Source: Guillardia theta CCMP2712
Taxonomy: Eukaryota; Protista; Cryptophyta
Assembly (NCBI RefSeq): GCF_000315625.1
Contig: NW_005434557.1
Location: 1 to 34,499 of the forward strand
Reading direction: 5' to 3'
DNA: 34,499 bases
Part shown: one piece after another, positions 30,601-34,499 of the stretch
Position numbering within the stretch: the first letter of the stretch is position 1
Layout of the letters: each line of letters opens with the position of its first letter
Translations under genes and position numbers: made by a program
Notes under the pieces: model-generated
Databases searched by the model: none
What the model was told of the DNA's origin: nothing
The model's input: only the letters and a program-made list of their open reading frames with translations

Positions 30601-32232
30601 AGGAGGAGGGATAGGGGCAGGTGCGGGAAGGAGGAGGGATAGGGGCAGGTGCGGGACGGAGGAGGGATAGGGGCAGGTGCGGGAAGGAGGAGGGATAGGG
30701 GCAGGTGCGGGACGGAGGAGGGATAGGGGCAGGTGCGGGACGGAGGAGGGATAGGGGCAGGTGCGGGACGGAGGAGGGATAGGGGCAGGTGCGGGACGGA
30801 GGAGGGATAGGGGCAGGTGCGGGACGGAGGAGGGATAGGGGCAGGTGCGGGACGGAGGAGGGCGTTACGTGCTGACTTGTGTTGCGCTAGGAGCTGGAGA
30901 TTCGATTGCAGTCTGTGGTGCAACGAAAGCAGCACTACATGCAGGAGATTATCGCCAAGGCGCACGCGGCGAGCGAACCAAAATCTCAGCATGCAGAGAC
31001 GGGATTGAAGAGCGAGGAGGAGGTAGCGACGAGAATCGCAGGTCGACCCTCCTCCGTGGCCGTGAGGGAGGAGCCGTCGAGTGTCCCCTCGTCGAGCTTG
31101 CTGGAGGCCCAGGAGAAGTTCAGCAGGGGGATGAAGAAGCGCGCGAGGAAGTTCCGGCAGAGGTTGCAGCTCGGGAGGAGCAAGTGGAACGAGAGTCAAG
31201 AGAACTCGGCGAGTTGGAAGACTATGAAGGATCCCAGGGGCATGAAAGCGATCGCCGACCTGGTGAGGAACATGAGCGAGGGAGGTGGGAAGAGGAGAAG
31301 AAGGGGAGCGAGAGAATTGGGCTGGAGAGGGGCAGGGTGATAAGATGGTGAAGATTAATTATGAAAGGGCGATGGGGTTAATCGTTGATGAAACAAGAGA
31401 AAGTGACTATCATGTCGGATCAGGCGAAGTTTTCATCTTTCGAGGAGAAGCAAGACGGGCAGATTCAGGGGGTGCCGCAGCATGCTCGTGCACAAGATGG
31501 GACTGACTGACATCGCAGAATCTCTTCTCGCGGCATCTCGAGGAGATCGAACGTTCGGCGGAAGAGTTGTACAGGTAAGAGGACTTTAGCTCAGCCTCTC
31601 CTCTTGAGATGTCAAATGTGCCTGTCCTGCCCTCAAAATCATCCAGCTCCAACAACACCAGCTCCTCTATCTGCTGTCCCTGCATCGGCAACTTCCTCAT
31701 CCTCATCCTCCTCTTCCTCCTCCTTGTCACCATCATCATCATCATCATCTTTCCACTTACATCTACATCTACATCATCATCATCATCATTATCATCATCA
31801 TCTTTCCACTTACATCTACATCATCATCCTCCTCGTCTGCCATCTTCACAGAATGCGTGTAGGCTGCTAGAGGCCTACGACTGCGACTATGGCGCAGAGG
31901 CTCGAGGGGATCCCATGAATAGCGTGGGAGGAGGAGGAGGAGGAGAGACCAAGAAGTCGATGCTTGCGCACATCCGACGAGCTGGAGTGCTTGCTGGTGT
32001 GAACAGTTTGCGGGTTGTTGAGAGGAGCTGACGAGCTGATGCGGCAGCGCTCATGAATGTGCTGGGGCTGCAGGTGAGGATACAGCAGGCGAGGCTGCTG
32101 CAGACGGTGATGAAGGTCTTGGCAAAAGTTTGTGAGGACGAGATGAACAGGTGCGTGAAGGTTGTTGCCGTTGCCGTTGTCGTTGTTGTAGGTGGTGGTG
32201 GTGGTGGTGGTGGTGGTGGTGATTATCATGAC

Positions 32233-32283
<51 letters not shown>

Positions 32284-34499
32284 GAGGTTCTATTGGTACT
32301 ATTGGTAATGATGATCAAGGTTGTACATCCTATCTACCGGGAGGCTGATGTATCTAGTGAACTTTCTCGACTCTGTCCTCGTCCCTTCCCTACAGCACTT
32401 GGCGATTCGCCCACTTCAAATCCTCTCAGGTCCTGCTCCTACTACTACTCGTCTTCCTCTTCCTCCTTCTTCCTTCTCCTCCTCTCATGCCCTTCTGAGA
32501 ACATTGTCTCCTCCCCCCTAATTCATGTTACTCAAGTTCCTTTCTTTCCTCTTGTCGAGTCAACTCCCCCCTCCTCCTTGTTTGTCCTCCCTCCCGTCCA
32601 TCTCTCCCTCCTCCCTTTCCCTTTCCTCCGATTTTCTTCCACTTTTGATTTGCTCGCAGACTGTCTGGCTATGAGTCTGCACGAACACGATCACGTTCAA
32701 GCAAGAAATGATACGATCGGTACGAGGAGGAGGGGAGAGGAGAAACAGGATAGAGAGAAGCAAGAAGAGGCAGAGGACAGAGGGGGTGCAGGAGAGGAGA
32801 GGAAGGTGAAGAAGACAGAGAGCAGGAGGAGCAGGAGTGAGGAGGAGAGGGGAGCAGTGGAGGAGCACCAGAGGAGGAGGAGGAGAGGGGAGAGGGAGTA
32901 GGAGAGGAGCAGGGGAGTCACCGCCATGGCAGGCTACCTAGTCAACTTGGGTATCATGCACAAGATCGAGAGAGTAATCATCTGGGGCACGCAAGTGATG
33001 AGGAGGAGAGAAGGAGGAGGCGATTTCCAACTCCTCCCAAACGAGGATGAAACCGAGATCAACCTCGAAGAGCCCCTTCTCCTCCGAGCCGTTGCACTCC
33101 TCCGAGCGACGACGAGCTGCAGGCAGGAGAGCGGCTGCCTGCAGTCTTGTATCTCCGACGAGTCTGTTGTCTCCAACATGGTAAGACCATCTAAACATGC
33201 TCAGCACGATGTGCCAGTTTCATGCTCTTCTCTCCTCTCCTCTCCTCTCCTCTCCTCTCCTCTCCTCTCCTCTCCTCTCCTCTCCTCTCCTCTCCTCTCC
33301 TTTCCTCTCCTCTCCTCTCCTCTCCTCCCTCACACACCATCTCTCAGGTTTCTTCCCTTCAAGGCTGCGGCATCGGCGGCATCGTCGCGCTTCTCTCTGC
33401 TCTCTTCCTCGAGTCTGAAACGCTAGCTGACCGTCCTGGCTCCTCCTCCCACGACCCTGACGCTAGAAGCGATCACTTCCCGTCCTCGAGCTGGACTCGA
33501 GCTGGGATCTGGTCGTCCCCCTGCTGGGCTTCCACGTGTGCTGTCTCAGCTTTCAGGATCCTCAATAACCTCGCGGTGACAGATCTGAACTTCCTGCAGG
33601 TGAGGAAGAGGGAGGAGAGGGGGAGGAGGAGAGAGTAAGGGTCGAGAGAGAAGGAGGAGGCGTGACGGTGACGAAGAGGAGGATAAGGACGAGTTAGGGG
33701 GACGAGAAGGAGAAGAGGAGGAAGGAGGAAGAAGAAGGACGGAGGAGGAAGAGGAGGGACGGAGGAGAGAGGAGGGAGGAGGTTGTGGTGGACGAGGTGG
33801 AGGAGAAGGAGGCAGGAGGAGGAAGGAGGAGACAGGAGGCAGGAGGAAGAAGAAGAAGGAGACAGGAGGAGGAAGAAGGAGGAGGGAGGAGGGAGGAGGG
33901 AGATAGGAGGAAGAAGAAGGAGGAGGCAGGTGGAAGAAGAAGGACGGAGGAGGGAGGAGGGTTGAATTTATTTTCACGTCAGAGAGCGTTGGGTTCGATT
34001 GTCTCTCAGGCTGAATTCTGCCACATCGCGCTCAAGGTGAGAAGATCGTCCTGACGTCTGTCGGGCAATTCACACCAAAAGACCCAAAAGCCACAACATT
34101 AACACATTTCGGGCAAATTCATCTTTTCATTGCACGAACTTGTGCTCTTATTGACAGACGAGGTCGTGTGTGCCCCTTCTCAGCTTGTCAAATCTTATCA
34201 TGACGTTCCTGTCCACCTCTCAGTCCAGCTGACCCTCTGTAGGTGCTCAAGGTCTGCGGGCCGTACGCGACAGCGACGCACACGTGGGAGGAGAAGGGGG
34301 AGGAGACGATGATGCATCCGGGGCAGGAGAGGGAGTGGACGACGACGGCGAGCCAGATGACGGCGATCGTTGACGAGCTGGTGCTGCTGCTGGGGTACAT
34401 GTCCTCTGTCAACTCGAGGACCTGCTCCTTCATCTTCGGTGAGGGCCAGGCGGGGTCAGCCCGTTTGACAACCTGCTGTCAAACTCTTGCAGCTGGGGA
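27639..34499 (+). CDS. SCAPER: S-phase cyclin A-associated protein in the ER homolog (multi-exon, runs off the window)
   Basis: N-domain [31 protein letters not shown]...GIAWDV; [10 protein letters not shown]...EEKQ coiled coil; C-terminal [14 protein letters not shown]...[21 protein letters not shown]...[13 protein letters not shown]...[10 protein letters not shown]. Motif order matches SCAPER as remembered. Confidence 0.85.
30574..30860. repeat. Intronic 28-bp G-rich minisatellite, ~10 copies
   Basis: Unit ggaggagggataggggcaggtgcggga(a/c); ataggggc recurs every 28 bp from 30583 to 30835. Confidence 0.97.
31730..31830. repeat. Intronic (CAT)n microsatellite with a duplicated tctttccacttacatctacatc block
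   Basis: Directly visible. Confidence 0.9.
32191..32280. repeat. Intronic (GGT)n and (GAT)n microsatellites
   Basis: (ggt)10 followed by about (gat)16. Confidence 0.95.
33229..33326. repeat. Intronic (TCTCC)n pentanucleotide repeat
   Basis: Directly visible; source of spurious SSPLL ORFs. Confidence 0.95.

Noticed and set aside
30495-31199. Minus-strand ORF with [16 protein letters not shown] repeats
   Set aside because: Translation of the 28-bp intronic minisatellite plus the antisense of a SCAPER exon.
34188-34433. Minus-strand ORF with a hydrophobic stretch and LRGG, implying SCAPER is truncated at 34054
   Set aside because: It is the antisense shadow of a SCAPER exon (VLKVCG...[13 protein letters not shown]) that has proper splice sites.

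Overview
Gene-dense eukaryotic nuclear DNA from a draft assembly with three N gaps. The ~45-60 nt GT-AG introns with CTGAC branch points, GA/GAT microsatellites and CCGG-rich promoter islands suggest a cryptophyte alga such as Guillardia theta (inference from sequence style only). Hand-spliced genes, in order: the 3' end of an MDAR-like flavoprotein reductase; a hypothetical coiled-coil gene; three tandem paralogs of a secreted, 14-Cys, probably GPI-anchored surface protein on ~4 kb duplicated units; a signal-peptide/RLRGG protein with three PDZ domains; two hypothetical genes; ALKBH6; an unusual ClpP; a secreted Ser-Pro-rich protein with a CBM67-like lectin domain; two convergent hypothetical genes; and SCAPER, which runs off the right edge. 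Main observations: (1) the surface-protein array is mosaic, shows mostly amino-acid-changing differences, varies in stalk length, and has an upstream ~270 bp element inverted in one copy; (2) a solo LTR whose empty site survives in the paralogous unit; (3) a ~115 bp-arm palindrome mirroring the ALKBH6 promoter and start codon; (4) a ClpP with a presequence + transmembrane + AxCE leader; (5) two signal-peptide + LRGG proteins.
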